64,000 bases of DNA from Escherichia coli (GTDB taxonomy: Bacteria; Pseudomonadota; Gammaproteobacteria; Enterobacterales; Enterobacteriaceae), in NCBI RefSeq assembly GCF_003334335.1, contig NZ_QOWQ01000004.1; one strand, 5' to 3'. The notes below the pieces were generated by a model. That model was not told where the DNA came from. It ran no database searches and was given only the letters and a program-made list of their open reading frames with translations. A program made the position numbers and the translations under genes. Positions 14,297 to 27,070 of this stretch are shown here, one piece after another; position 1 is the first letter of the stretch, and each line of letters starts with the position of its first letter.

Positions 14297-16021
14297 ATGG
14301 AGATGTTGTCTGGAGCCGAGATGGTCGTCCGATCGCTTATCGATCAGGGCGTTAAACAAGTATTCGGTTATCCCGGAGGCGCAGTCCTTGATATTTATGA
14401 TGCATTGCATACCGTGGGTGGTATTGATCATGTATTAGTTCGTCATGAGCAGGCGGCGGTGCATATGGCCGATGGCCTGGCGCGCGCGACCGGGGAAGTC
14501 GGCGTCGTGCTGGTAACGTCGGGTCCAGGGGCGACCAATGCGATTACTGGCATCGCCACCGCTTATATGGATTCCATTCCATTAGTTGTCCTTTCCGGGC
14601 AGGTAGCGACCTCGTTGATAGGTTACGATGCCTTTCAGGAGTGCGACATGGTGGGGATTTCGCGACCGGTGGTTAAACACAGTTTTCTGGTTAAGCAAAC
14701 GGAAGACATTCCGCAGGTGCTGAAAAAGGCTTTCTGGCTGGCGGCAAGTGGTCGCCCAGGACCAGTAGTCGTTGATTTACCGAAAGATATTCTTAATCCG
14801 GCGAACAAATTACCCTATGTCTGGCCGGAGTCGGTCAGTATGCGTTCTTACAATCCCACTACTACCGGACATAAAGGGCAAATTAAGCGTGCTCTGCAAA
14901 CGCTGGTAGCGGCAAAAAAACCGGTTGTCTACGTAGGCGGTGGGGCAATCACGGCGGGCTGCCATCAGCAGTTGAAAGAAACGGTGGAGGCGTTGAATCT
15001 GCCCGTTGTTTGCTCATTGATGGGGCTGGGGGCGTTTCCGGCAACGCATCGTCAGGCACTGGGCATGCTGGGAATGCACGGTACCTACGAAGCCAATATG
15101 ACGATGCATAACGCGGATGTGATTTTCGCCGTCGGGGTACGATTTGATGACCGAACGACGAACAATCTGGCAAAGTACTGCCCAAATGCCACTGTTCTGC
15201 ATATCGATATTGATCCTACTTCCATTTCTAAAACCGTGACTGCGGATATCCCGATTGTGGGGGATGCTCGCCAGGTCCTCGAACAAATGCTTGAACTCTT
15301 GTCGCAAGAATCCGCCCATCAACCACTGGATGAGATCCGCGACTGGTGGCAGCAAATTGAACAGTGGCGCGCTCGTCAGTGCCTGAAATATGACACTCAC
15401 AGTGAAAAGATTAAACCGCAGGCGGTGATCGAGACTCTTTGGCGGTTGACGAAGGGAGACGCTTACGTGACGTCCGATGTCGGGCAGCACCAGATGTTTG
15501 CTGCACTTTATTATCCATTCGACAAACCGCGTCGCTGGATCAATTCCGGTGGCCTCGGCACGATGGGTTTTGGTTTACCTGCGGCACTGGGCGTCAAAAT
15601 GGCGTTGCCAGAAGAAACCGTGGTTTGCGTCACTGGCGACGGCAGTATTCAGATGAACATCCAGGAACTGTCTACCGCGTTGCAATACGAGTTGCCCGTA
15701 CTGGTGGTGAATCTCAATAACCGCTATCTGGGGATGGTGAAGCAGTGGCAGGACATGATCTATTCCGGCCGTCATTCACAATCTTATATGCAATCGCTAC
15801 CCGATTTCGTCCGTCTGGCGGAAGCCTATGGGCATGTCGGGATCCAGATTTCTCATCCGCATGAGCTGGAAAGCAAACTTAGCGAGGCGCTGGAACAGGT
15901 GCGCAATAATCGCCTGGTGTTTGTTGATGTTACCGTCGATGGCAGCGAGCACGTCTACCCGATGCAGATTCGCGGGGGCGGAATGGATGAAATGTGGTTA
16001 AGCAAAACGGAGAGAACCTGA
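14297..16021 (+). CDS. ilvI: acetolactate synthase III large subunit
   Basis: ORF trimmed to [11 protein letters not shown]; TPP-binding motif GDGSIQMN; followed by ilvH. Confidence 0.95.
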   Translation: MEMLSGAEMVVRSLIDQGVKQVFGYPGGAVLDIYDALHTVGGIDHVLVRHEQAAVHMADGLARATGEVGVVLVTSGPGATNAITGIATAYMDSIPLVVLSGQVATSLIGYDAFQECDMVGISRPVVKHSFLVKQTEDIPQVLKKAFWLAASGRPGPVVVDLPKDILNPANKLPYVWPESVSMRSYNPTTTGHKGQIKRALQTLVAAKKPVVYVGGGAITAGCHQQLKETVEALNLPVVCSLMGLGAFPATHRQALGMLGMHGTYEANMTMHNADVIFAVGVRFDDRTTNNLAKYCPNATVLHIDIDPTSISKTVTADIPIVGDARQVLEQMLELLSQESAHQPLDEIRDWWQQIEQWRARQCLKYDTHSEKIKPQAVIETLWRLTKGDAYVTSDVGQHQMFAALYYPFDKPRRWINSGGLGTMGFGLPAALGVKMALPEETVVCVTGDGSIQMNIQELSTALQYELPVLVVNLNNRYLGMVKQWQDMIYSGRHSQSYMQSLPDFVRLAEAYGHVGIQISHPHELESKLSEALEQVRNNRLVFVDVTVDGSEHVYPMQIRGGGMDEMWLSKTERT

Positions 16022-16023
16022 TT

Positions 16024-16515
16024 ATGCGCCGGATATTATCAGTCTTACTCGAAAATGAATCAGGCGCGTTATCCCGCGTGATTGGCCTTTTTTCCCAGCG
16101 TGGCTACAACATTGAAAGCCTGACCGTTGCGCCAACCGACGATCCGACATTATCGCGTATGACCATCCAGACCGTGGGCGATGAAAAAGTACTTGAGCAG
16201 ATCGAAAAGCAATTACACAAACTGGTCGATGTCTTGCGCGTGAGTGAGTTGGGGCAGGGCGCGCATGTTGAGCGGGAAATCATGCTGGTGAAAATTCAGG
16301 CCAGCGGTTACGGGCGTGACGAAGTGAAACGTAATACGGAAATATTCCGTGGGCAAATTATCGATGTCACACCCTCGCTTTATACCGTTCAATTAGCAGG
16401 CACCAGCGGTAAGCTTGATGCATTTTTAGCATCGATTCGCGATGTGGCGAAAATTGTGGAGGTTGCTCGCTCTGGTGTGGTCGGACTTTCGCGCGGCGAT
16501 AAAATAATGCGTTGA
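16024..16515 (+). CDS. ilvH: acetolactate synthase III small (regulatory) subunit
   Basis: ORF trimmed to [19 protein letters not shown] (ACT domain). Confidence 0.95.
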
Positions 16516-16543
16516 GAATGATCTCAATGCGCAATTTACAGCC

Positions 16544-16568
16544 CAACATGTCACGTTGGGCTTTTTTT
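16544..16568 (+). terminator. intrinsic terminator after ilvIH
   Basis: CCCAACATGTCACGTTGGGC hairpin followed by TTTTTTT. Confidence 0.55.
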
Positions 16569-16694
16569 GCGAAATCAGTGGGAACCTGGAATAAAAGCAG
16601 TTGCCGCAGTTAATTTTCTGCGCTTAGATGTTAATGAATTTAACCCATACCAGTACAATGGCTATGGTTTTTACATTTTACGCAAGGGGCAATT

Positions 16695-17699
16695 GTGAAA
16701 CTGGATGAAATCGCTCGGCTGGCGGGAGTGTCGCGGACCACTGCAAGCTATGTTATTAACGGCAAAGCGAAGCAATACCGTGTGAGCGACAAAACCGTTG
16801 AAAAAGTCATGGCTGTGGTGCGTGAGCACAATTACCACCCGAACGCCGTGGCAGCTGGGCTTCGTGCTGGACGCACACGTTCTATTGGTCTTGTGATCCC
16901 CGATCTGGAGAACACCAGCTATACCCGCATCGCTAACTATCTTGAACGCCAGGCGCGGCAACGGGGTTATCAACTGCTGATTGCCTGCTCAGAAGATCAG
17001 CCAGACAACGAAATGCGGTGCATTGAGCACCTTTTACAGCGTCAGGTTGATGCCATTATTGTTTCGACGTCGTTGCCTCCTGAGCATCCTTTTTATCAAC
17101 GCTGGGCTAACGACCCGTTCCCGATTGTCGCGCTGGACCGCGCCCTCGATCGTGAACACTTCACCAGCGTGGTTGGTGCCGATCAGGATGATGCCGAAAT
17201 GCTGGCGGAAGAGTTACGTAAGTTTCCCGCCGAGACGGTGCTTTATCTTGGTGCGCTACCGGAGCTTTCTGTCAGCTTCCTGCGTGAACAAGGTTTCCGT
17301 ACTGCCTGGAAAGATGATCCGCGCGAAGTGCATTTCCTGTATGCCAACAGCTATGAGCGGGAGGCGGCTGCCCAGTTATTCGAAAAATGGCTGGAAACGC
17401 ATCCGATGCCGCAGGCGCTGTTCACAACGTCGTTTGCGTTGTTGCAAGGAGTGATGGATGTCACGCTGCGTCGCGACGGCAAACTGCCTTCTGACCTGGC
17501 AATTGCCACCTTTGGCGATAACGAACTGCTCGACTTCTTACAGTGTCCGGTGCTGGCAGTGGCTCAACGTCACCGCGATGTCGCAGAGCGTGTGCTGGAG
17601 ATTGTCCTGGCAAGCCTGGACGAACCGCGTAAGCCAAAACCTGGTTTAACGCGCATTAAACGTAATCTCTATCGCCGCGGCGTGCTCAGCCGTAGCTAA
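16695..17699 (+). CDS. cra: catabolite repressor/activator (LacI family)
   Basis: 334-aa ORF; [25 protein letters not shown]; starts at GTG in the sequence (ORF track shows it as M). Confidence 0.9.
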   Translation: MKLDEIARLAGVSRTTASYVINGKAKQYRVSDKTVEKVMAVVREHNYHPNAVAAGLRAGRTRSIGLVIPDLENTSYTRIANYLERQARQRGYQLLIACSEDQPDNEMRCIEHLLQRQVDAIIVSTSLPPEHPFYQRWANDPFPIVALDRALDREHFTSVVGADQDDAEMLAEELRKFPAETVLYLGALPELSVSFLREQGFRTAWKDDPREVHFLYANSYEREAAAQLFEKWLETHPMPQALFTTSFALLQGVMDVTLRRDGKLPSDLAIATFGDNELLDFLQCPVLAVAQRHRDVAERVLEIVLASLDEPRKPKPGLTRIKRNLYRRGVLSRS

Positions 17700-18219
17700 G
17701 CCGCGAACAAAAATACGCGCCAGGTGAATTTCCCTCTGGCGCGTAGAGTACGGGACTGGACATCAATATGCTTAAAGTAAATAAGACTATTCCTGACTAT
17801 TATTGATAAATGCTTTTAAACCCGCCCGTTAATTAACTCACCAGCTGAAATTCACAATAATTAAGTGATATCGACAGCGCGTTTTTGCATTATTTTGTTA
17901 CATGCGGCGATGAATTGCCGATTTAACAAACACTTTTCTTTGCTTTTGCGCAAACCCGCTGGCATCAAGCGCCACACAGACGTAACAAGGACTGTTAACC
18001 GGGGAAGATATGTCCTAAAATGCCGCTCGCGTCGCAAACTGACACTTTATATTTGCTGTGGAAAATAGTGAGTCATTTTAAAACGGTGATGACGATGAGG
18101 GATTTTTTCTTACAGCTATTCATAACGTTAATTTGCTTCGCACGTTGGACGTAAAATAAACAACGCTGATATTAGCCGTAAACATCGGGTTTTTTACCTC
18201 GGTATGCCTTGTGACTGGC

Positions 18220-18249
18220 TTGACAAGCTTTTCCTCAGCTCCGTAAACT
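18220..18249 (+). promoter_or_regulatory. candidate Pmra promoter (-35 TTGACA, -10 TAAACT)
   Basis: TTGACA at 18220..18225 and TAAACT at 18244..18249, 18-bp spacer, just upstream of mraZ. Confidence 0.5.
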
Positions 18250-18256
18250 CCTTTCA

Positions 18257-18281
18257 GTGGGAAATTGTGGGGCAAAGTGGG
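18257..18281 (+). promoter_or_regulatory. three direct GTGGG repeats at 10-bp phasing (MraZ operator-like)
   Basis: GTGGGAAATTGTGGGGCAAAGTGGG immediately downstream of candidate Pmra; consistent with MraZ autoregulation site. Confidence 0.5.
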
Positions 18282-18300
18282 AATAAGGGGTGAGGCTGGC

Positions 18301-18759
18301 ATGTTCCGGGGAGCAACGTTAGTCAATCTCGACAGCAAAGGGCGCTTATCAGTGCCTACCCGTTATCGGGAACAGCTGCTTGAGAACGCTGCCGGTCAAA
18401 TGGTTTGCACCATTGACATTTATCACCCGTGCCTGCTGCTTTACCCCCTGCCTGAATGGGAAATTATCGAGCAAAAATTATCGCGTCTGTCGAGCATGAA
18501 CCCGGTTGAGCGCCGTGTGCAGCGCCTACTGTTAGGTCATGCCAGCGAATGTCAGATGGATGGCGCAGGTCGATTGTTAATCGCGCCAGTACTGCGGCAA
18601 CATGCCGGGCTGACAAAAGAAGTGATGCTGGTTGGACAGTTCAACAAGTTTGAGCTGTGGGATGAAACAACCTGGCATCAACAGGTCAAGGAAGATATCG
18701 ACGCAGAGCAGTTGGCTACCGGAGACTTATCGGAGCGACTGCAGGACTTGTCTCTATAA
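18301..18759 (+). CDS. mraZ: transcriptional regulator MraZ
   Basis: ORF trimmed to [19 protein letters not shown] (tandem MraZ/SpoVT-AbrB domain); first gene of dcw cluster. Confidence 0.9.
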
Positions 18760-18760
18760 A

Positions 18761-19702
18761 ATGATGGAAAACTATAAACATACTACGGTGCTGCTGGATG
18801 AAGCCGTTAATGGCCTCAATATCCGTCCTGATGGCATCTACATTGATGGGACTTTTGGTCGCGGTGGTCACTCACGTCTGATCCTCTCGCAGCTTGGCGA
18901 AGAGGGGCGTTTGCTGGCGATCGATCGCGACCCGCAGGCTATCGCCGTTGCGAAGACTATTGATGATCCGCGCTTCTCCATCATCCACGGACCTTTCTCC
19001 GCGCTGGGCGAATACGTTGCCGAGCGCGATCTTATCGGCAAGATCGACGGCATTCTCCTCGATCTTGGCGTCTCTTCACCGCAACTTGATGATGCTGAAC
19101 GTGGCTTTTCCTTTATGCGCGATGGTCCGCTGGACATGCGTATGGACCCAACCCGTGGGCAGTCAGCCGCTGAATGGCTACAAACCGCAGAAGAAGCCGA
19201 TATCGCCTGGGTATTGAAAACCTATGGTGAAGAGCGTTTTGCCAAACGCATTGCCCGCGCCATTGTCGAGCGTAACCGCGAACAGCCGATGACCCGCACC
19301 AAAGAACTGGCGGAAGTCGTGGCTGCTGCAACGCCGGTGAAAGATAAGTTTAAACATCCCGCGACCCGTACCTTCCAGGCGGTGCGCATTTGGGTAAACA
19401 GTGAACTGGAGGAGATAGAGCAGGCGCTAAAAAGCTCGCTCAACGTGCTGGCCCCGGGTGGGCGGCTTTCGATCATCAGCTTCCACTCGCTGGAAGACCG
19501 TATTGTGAAACGTTTTATGCGTGAAAACAGCCGCGGTCCGCAAGTTCCGGCAGGGTTACCGATGACTGAAGAGCAGCTCAAAAAACTGGGTGGCCGTCAG
19601 CTGCGAGCACTAGGCAAGTTAATGCCGGGCGAAGAAGAGGTGGCTGAGAACCCTCGTGCCCGTAGTTCAGTTCTGCGTATTGCAGAGAGGACGAATGCAT
19701 GA
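18761..19702 (+). CDS. rsmH: 16S rRNA m4C1402 methyltransferase
   Basis: ORF trimmed to [16 protein letters not shown]; SAM-binding GTFGRGGHS. Confidence 0.9.
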
Positions 19703-20064
19703 TCAGCAGAGTGACAGAAGCTCTAAGCAAAGTTAAAGGATCGATGGGAAGCCACGAGCGCCATGCATTGCCTGGTGTTATCGGTGACGATCTTTTGCGA
19801 TTTGGGAAGCTGCCACTCTGCCTGTTCATTTGCATTATTTTGACGGCGGTGACTGTGGTAACCACGGCGCACCATACCCGTTTACTGACCGCTCAGCGCG
19901 AACAACTGGTGCTGGAGCGAGATGCTTTAGACATTGAATGGCGCAACCTGATCCTTGAAGAGAATGCGCTCGGCGACCATAGCCGGGTGGAAAGGATCGC
20001 CACGGAAAAGCTGCAAATGCAGCATGTTGATCCGTCACAAGAAAATATCGTAGTGCAAAAATAA
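19699..20064 (+). CDS. ftsL: cell division protein FtsL
   Basis: 121-aa ORF with single TM helix and coiled-coil; ATGA overlap with rsmH. Confidence 0.9.
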
Positions 20065-20079
20065 GGATAAACGCGACGC

Positions 20080-21846
20080 ATGAAAGCAGCGGCGAAAACG
20101 CAGAAACCAAAACGTCAGGAAGAACATGCCAACTTTATCAGTTGGCGTTTTGCGTTGTTATGCGGCTGTATTCTCCTGGCGCTGGCTTTTCTGCTCGGAC
20201 GCGTAGCGTGGTTACAAGTTATCTCCCCGGATATGCTGGTGAAAGAGGGCGACATGCGTTCTCTTCGCGTTCAGCAAGTTTCCACCTCCCGCGGCATGAT
20301 TACTGACCGTTCTGGTCGCCCGTTAGCGGTGAGCGTGCCGGTAAAAGCGATTTGGGCTGACCCGAAAGAAGTGCATGACGCTGGCGGTATCAGCGTCGGT
20401 GACCGCTGGAAGGCGCTGGCTAACGCGCTCAATATTCCGCTGGATCAGCTTTCAGCCCGCATTAACGCCAACCCGAAAGGGCGCTTTATTTATCTGGCGC
20501 GTCAGGTGAACCCTGACATGGCGGACTACATCAAAAAACTGAAACTGCCGGGGATTCATCTGCGTGAAGAGTCTCGCCGTTACTATCCGTCCGGCGAAGT
20601 GACTGCTCACCTCATCGGCTTTACTAACGTCGATAGTCAAGGGATTGAGGGCGTTGAGAAGAGTTTCGATAAATGGCTTACCGGGCAGCCGGGTGAGCGC
20701 ATTGTGCGTAAAGACCGCTATGGTCGCGTAATTGAAGATATTTCTTCTACTGACAGCCAGGCAGCGCACAACCTGGCGCTGAGTATTGATGAACGCCTGC
20801 AGGCGCTGGTTTATCGCGAACTGAACAACGCGGTGGCCTTTAACAAGGCTGAATCTGGTAGCGCCGTGCTGGTGGATGTCAACACCGGTGAAGTGCTGGC
20901 GATGGCTAACAGCCCGTCATACAACCCTAACAATCTGAGCGGCACGCCGAAAGAGGCGATGCGTAACCGTACCATCACCGACGTGTTTGAACCGGGCTCA
21001 ACGGTTAAACCGATGGTGGTAATGACCGCGTTGCAACGTGGCGTGGTGCGGGAAAACTCGGTACTCAATACCATTCCTTATCGAATTAACGGCCACGAAA
21101 TCAAAGACGTGGCACGCTACAGCGAATTAACCCTGACCGGGGTATTACAGAAGTCGAGTAACGTCGGTGTTTCCAAGCTGGCGTTAGCGATGCCGTCCTC
21201 AGCGTTAGTAGATACTTACTCACGTTTTGGACTGGGAAAAGCGACCAATTTGGGGTTGGTCGGAGAACGCAGTGGCTTATATCCTCAAAAACAACGGTGG
21301 TCTGACATAGAGAGGGCCACCTTCTCTTTCGGCTACGGGCTAATGGTAACACCATTACAGTTAGCGCGAGTCTACGCAACTATCGGCAGCTACGGCATTT
21401 ATCGCCCACTGTCGATTACCAAAGTTGACCCCCCGGTTCCCGGTGAACGTGTCTTCCCGGAATCCATTGTCCGCACTGTGGTGCATATGATGGAAAGCGT
21501 GGCGCTACCAGGCGGCGGCGGCGTGAAGGCGGCGATTAAAGGCTATCGTATCGCCATTAAAACCGGTACCGCGAAAAAGGTCGGGCCGGACGGTCGCTAC
21601 ATCAATAAATATATTGCTTATACCGCAGGCGTTGCGCCTGCGAGTCAGCCGCGCTTCGCGCTGGTTGTTGTTATCAACGATCCGCAGGCGGGTAAATACT
21701 ACGGCGGCGCCGTTTCCGCGCCGGTCTTTGGTGCCATCATGGGCGGCGTATTGCGTACCATGAACATCGAGCCGGATGCGCTGACAACGGGCGATAAAAA
21801 TGAATTTGTGATTAATCAAGGCGAGGGGACAGGTGGCAGATCGTAA
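20080..21846 (+). CDS. ftsI: peptidoglycan transpeptidase FtsI (PBP3)
   Basis: 588-aa ORF; PBP motifs STVKP, KSSN, KTGT. Confidence 0.95.
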
Positions 21847-23320
21847 TTTGCGCGACCTTCTTGCTCCGTGGGTGCCAGACGCACCTTCGCGAGCACTGCG
21901 AGAGATGACACTCGACAGCCGTGTGGCTGCGGCGGGCGATCTCTTTGTAGCTGTAGTAGGTCATCAGGCGGACGGGCGTCGATATATCCCGCAGGCGATA
22001 GCGCAAGGTGTGGCTGCCATTATTGCAGAGGCGAAAGATGAGGCGACCGATGGTGAAATCCGTGAAATGCACGGCGTACCGGTCATCTATCTCAGCCAGC
22101 TCAACGAGCGTTTATCTGCACTGGCGGGCCGCTTTTACCATGAACCCTCTGACAATTTACGTCTCGTGGGCGTAACGGGCACCAACGGCAAAACCACGAC
22201 TACCCAGCTGTTGGCGCAGTGGAGCCAACTGCTTGGCGAAACCAGCGCGGTAATGGGCACCGTTGGTAACGGCCTGCTGGGGAAAGTGATCCCGACAGAA
22301 AATACAACCGGTTCGGCAGTCGATGTTCAGCATGAGCTGGCGGGGCTGGTGGATCAGGGCGCGACGTTTTGCGCAATGGAAGTTTCCTCCCACGGGCTGG
22401 TACAGCACCGTGTGGCGGCATTGAAATTTGCGGCGTCGGTCTTTACCAACTTAAGCCGCGATCACCTTGATTATCATGGTGATATGGAACACTACGAAGC
22501 CGCGAAATGGCTGCTTTATTCTGAGCATCATTGCGGTCAGGCGATTATTAACGCCGACGATGAAGTGGGCCGCCGCTGGCTGGCAAAACTGCCGGACGCG
22601 GTTGCGGTATCAATGGAAGATCATATTAATCCGAACTGTCACGGACGCTGGTTGAAAGCGACCGAAGTGAACTATCACGACAGCGGTGCGACGATTCGCT
22701 TTAGCTCAAGTTGGGGCGATGGCGAAATTGAAAGCCATCTGATGGGCGCTTTTAACGTCAGCAACCTGCTGCTCGCGCTGGCGACACTGTTGGCACTCGG
22801 CTATCCACTGGCTGATCTGCTGAAAACCGCCGCGCGTCTGCAACCGGTTTGCGGACGTATGGAAGTGTTCACTGCGCCAGGCAAACCGACGGTGGTGGTG
22901 GATTACGCGCATACGCCGGATGCACTGGAAAAAGCCTTACAGGCGGCGCGTCTGCACTGTGCGGGCAAGCTGTGGTGTGTCTTTGGCTGTGGTGGCGATC
23001 GCGATAAAGGTAAGCGTCCACTGATGGGCGCAATTGCCGAAGAGTTTGCTGACGTGGCGGTGGTGACGGACGATAACCCGCGTACCGAAGAACCGCGTGC
23101 CATCATCAACGATATTCTGGCGGGAATGTTAGATGCCGGATATGCCAAAGTGATGGAAGGCCGTGCTGAAGCGGTGACTTGCGCCGTTATGCAGGCTAAA
23201 GAGAATGATGTGGTACTGGTCGCGGGCAAAGGCCATGAAGATTACCAGATTGTTGGCAATCAGCGTCTGGACTACTCCGATCGCGTCACGGTGGCGCGTC
23301 TGCTGGGGGTGATTGCATGA
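21833..23320 (+). CDS. murE: UDP-MurNAc-tripeptide synthetase (meso-DAP adding)
   Basis: 495-aa ORF; Mur ligase P-loop GTNGKTTT; overlaps ftsI 3' end. Confidence 0.95.
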
Positions 23321-24675
23321 TTAGCGTAACCCTTAGCCAACTTACCGACATTCTCAACGGTGAACTGCAAGGTGCAGATATCACCCTTGATGCTGTAACC
23401 ACTGATACCCGAAAACTGACGCCGGGCTGCCTGTTTGTTGCCCTGAAAGGCGAACGTTTTGATGCCCACGATTTTGCCGACCAGGCGAAAGCTGGCGGCG
23501 CAGGCGCACTACTGGTTAGCCGTCCGCTGGACATCGACCTGCCGCAGTTAATCGTCAAGGATACGCGTCTGGCGTTTGGTGAACTGGCTGCATGGGTTCG
23601 CCAGCAAGTTCCGGCGCGCGTGGTTGCTCTGACGGGGTCCTCCGGCAAAACCTCCGTTAAAGAGATGACGGCGGCGATTTTAAGCCAGTGCGGCAACACG
23701 CTTTATACGGCAGGCAATCTCAACAACGACATCGGTGTACCGATGACGCTGTTGCGCTTAACGCCGGAATACGATTACGCAGTTATTGAACTTGGCGCGA
23801 ACCATCAGGGCGAAATAGCCTGGACTGTGAGTCTGACTCGCCCGGAAGCTGCGCTGGTCAACAACCTGGCAGCGGCGCATCTGGAAGGTTTTGGCTCGCT
23901 TGCGGGTGTCGCGAAAGCGAAAGGTGAAATCTTTAGCGGCCTGCCGGAAAACGGTATCGCCATTATGAACGCCGACAACAACGACTGGCTGAACTGGCAG
24001 AGCGTAATTGGCTCACGCAAAGTGTGGCGTTTCTCACCCAATGCCGCCAACAGCGATTTCACCGCCACCAATATCCATGTGACCTCGCACGGTACGGAAT
24101 TTACCCTACAAACCCCAACCGGTAGCGTCGATGTTCTGCTGCCGTTGCCGGGGCGTCACAATATTGCGAATGCGCTGGCAGCCGCTGCGCTCTCCATGTC
24201 CGTGGGCGCAACGCTTGATGCTATCAAAGCGGGGCTGGCAAATCTGAAAGCTGTTCCAGGCCGTCTGTTCCCCATCCAACTGGCAGAAAACCAGTTGCTG
24301 CTCGACGACTCCTACAACGCCAATGTCGGTTCAATGACTGCAGCAGTCCAGGTACTGGCTGAAATGCCGGGCTACCGCGTGCTGGTGGTGGGCGATATGG
24401 CGGAACTGGGCGCTGAAAGCGAAGCCTGCCATGTACAGGTGGGCGAGGCGGCAAAAGCTGCTGGTATTGACCGCGTGTTAAGCGTGGGTAAACAAAGCCA
24501 TGCTATCAGCACCGCCAGCGGCGTTGGCGAACATTTTGCTGATAAAACTGCGTTAATTACGCGTCTTAAATTACTGATTGCTGAGCAACAGGTAATTACG
24601 ATTTTAGTTAAGGGTTCACGTAGTGCCGCCATGGAAGAGGTAGTACGCGCTTTACAGGAGAATGGGACATGTTAG
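23317..24675 (+). CDS. murF: UDP-MurNAc-pentapeptide synthetase (D-Ala-D-Ala adding)
   Basis: 452-aa ORF; P-loop GSSGKTS; ATGA overlap with murE. Confidence 0.95.
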
Positions 24676-25751
24676 TTTGGCTGGCCGAACATTTGGTCAA
24701 ATATTATTCCGGCTTTAACGTCTTTTCCTATCTGACGTTTCGCGCCATCGTCAGCCTGCTGACCGCGCTGTTCATCTCATTGTGGATGGGCCCGCGTATG
24801 ATTGCTCATTTGCAAAAACTTTCCTTTGGTCAGGTGGTGCGTAACGACGGTCCTGAATCACACTTCAGCAAGCGCGGTACGCCGACCATGGGCGGGATTA
24901 TGATCCTGACGGCGATTGTGATCTCCGTACTGCTGTGGGCTTACCCGTCCAATCCGTACGTCTGGTGCGTGTTGGTGGTGCTGGTAGGTTACGGTGTTAT
25001 TGGCTTTGTTGATGATTATCGCAAAGTGGTGCGTAAAGACACCAAAGGGTTGATCGCTCGTTGGAAGTATTTCTGGATGTCGGTCATTGCGCTGGGTGTC
25101 GCCTTCGCCCTGTACCTTGCCGGCAAAGACACGCCCGCAACGCAGCTGGTGGTCCCATTCTTTAAAGATGTGATGCCGCAGCTGGGGCTGTTCTACATTC
25201 TGCTGGCTTACTTCGTCATTGTGGGTACTGGCAACGCGGTAAACCTGACCGATGGTCTCGACGGCCTGGCAATTATGCCGACCGTATTTGTCGCCGGTGG
25301 TTTTGCGCTGGTGGCGTGGGCGACCGGCAATATGAACTTTGCCAGCTACTTGCATATACCGTATCTGCGACACGCCGGGGAACTGGTTATTGTCTGTACC
25401 GCGATAGTCGGGGCAGGACTGGGCTTCCTGTGGTTTAACACCTATCCGGCGCAGGTCTTTATGGGCGATGTAGGTTCGCTGGCGTTAGGTGGTGCGTTAG
25501 GCATTATCGCCGTACTGCTACGTCAGGAATTCCTGCTGGTGATTATGGGGGGCGTGTTCGTGGTAGAAACGCTTTCTGTCATCCTGCAGGTCGGCTCCTT
25601 TAAACTGCGCGGACAACGTATTTTCCGCATGGCACCGATTCATCACCACTATGAACTGAAAGGCTGGCCGGAACCGCGCGTCATTGTGCGTTTCTGGATT
25701 ATTTCGCTGATGCTGGTTCTGATTGGTCTGGCAACGCTGAAGGTACGTTAA
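24669..25751 (+). CDS. mraY: phospho-MurNAc-pentapeptide translocase
   Basis: 360-aa polytopic membrane ORF; overlaps murF. Confidence 0.95.
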
Positions 25752-25753
25752 TC

Positions 25754-27070
25754 ATGGCTGATTATCAGGGTAAAAATGTCGTCATTATCGGCCTGGGCCT
25801 CACCGGGCTTTCCTGCGTGGACTTTTTCCTCGCTCGCGGTGTGACGCCGCGCGTTATGGATACGCGTATGACACCGCCTGGCCTGGATAAATTACCCGAA
25901 GCCGTAGAACGCCACACGGGCAGTCTGAATGATGAATGGCTGATGGCGGCAGATCTGATTGTCGCCAGTCCCGGTATTGCACTGGCGCATCCATCCTTAA
26001 GCGCTGCCGCTGATGCCGGAATCGAAATCGTTGGCGATATCGAGCTGTTCTGTCGCGAAGCACAAGCACCGATTGTGGCGATTACCGGTTCTAACGGCAA
26101 AAGCACGGTCACCACGCTAGTGGGTGAAATGGCGAAAGCGGCGGGGGTTAACGTTGGTGTGGGTGGCAATATTGGCCTGCCTGCGTTGATGCTACTGGAT
26201 GATGAGTGTGAACTGTACGTGCTGGAACTGTCGAGCTTCCAGCTGGAAACCACCTCCAGCTTACAGGCGGTAGCAGCGACCATTCTGAACGTGACTGAAG
26301 ATCATATGGATCGCTATCCGTTTGGTTTACAACAGTATCGTGCAGCAAAACTGCGCATTTACGAAAACGCGAAAGTTTGCGTGGTTAATGCTGATGATGC
26401 CTTAACAATGCCGATTCGCGGTGCGGATGAACGCTGCGTCAGCTTTGGCGTCAACATGGGTGACTATCACCTGAATCATCAGCAGGGCGAAACCTGGCTG
26501 CGGGTTAAAGGCGAGAAAGTGCTGAATGTGAAAGAGATGAAACTTTCCGGGCAGCATAACTACACCAATGCGCTGGCGGCGCTGGCGCTGGCTGATGCTG
26601 CAGGGTTACCGCGTGCCAGCAGCCTGAAAGCGTTAACCACATTCACTGGTCTGCCGCATCGCTTTGAAGTTGTGCTGGAGCATAACGGCGTACGTTGGAT
26701 TAACGATTCGAAAGCGACCAACGTCGGCAGTACGGAAGCGGCGCTGAATGGCCTGCACGTAGACGGCACACTGCATTTGTTGCTGGGTGGCGATGGTAAA
26801 TCGGCGGACTTTAGCCCACTGGCGCGTTACCTGAATGGCGATAACGTACGTCTGTATTGTTTCGGTCGTGACGGCGCGCAGCTGGCGGCGCTACGCCCGG
26901 AAGTGGCAGAACAAACCGAAACTATGGAACAGGCGATGCGCTTGCTGGCTCCGCGTGTTCAGCCGGGCGATATGGTTCTGCTCTCCCCAGCCTGTGCCAG
27001 CCTTGATCAGTTCAAGAACTTTGAACAACGAGGCAATGAGTTTGCCCGTCTGGCGAAGGAGTTAGGTTGA
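25754..27070 (+). CDS. murD: UDP-MurNAc-L-Ala:D-Glu ligase
   Basis: 438-aa ORF; P-loop GSNGKSTVT. Confidence 0.95.

Noticed and set aside
17865-18338. Short ORFs in the cra-mraZ spacer (17865..18068 plus; 18120..18338 minus) as small-protein genes
   Set aside because: No convincing Shine-Dalgarno sequences and unusual composition; the minus-strand one overlaps the Pmra/MraZ-box region. Kept only as a low-confidence note in the findings.
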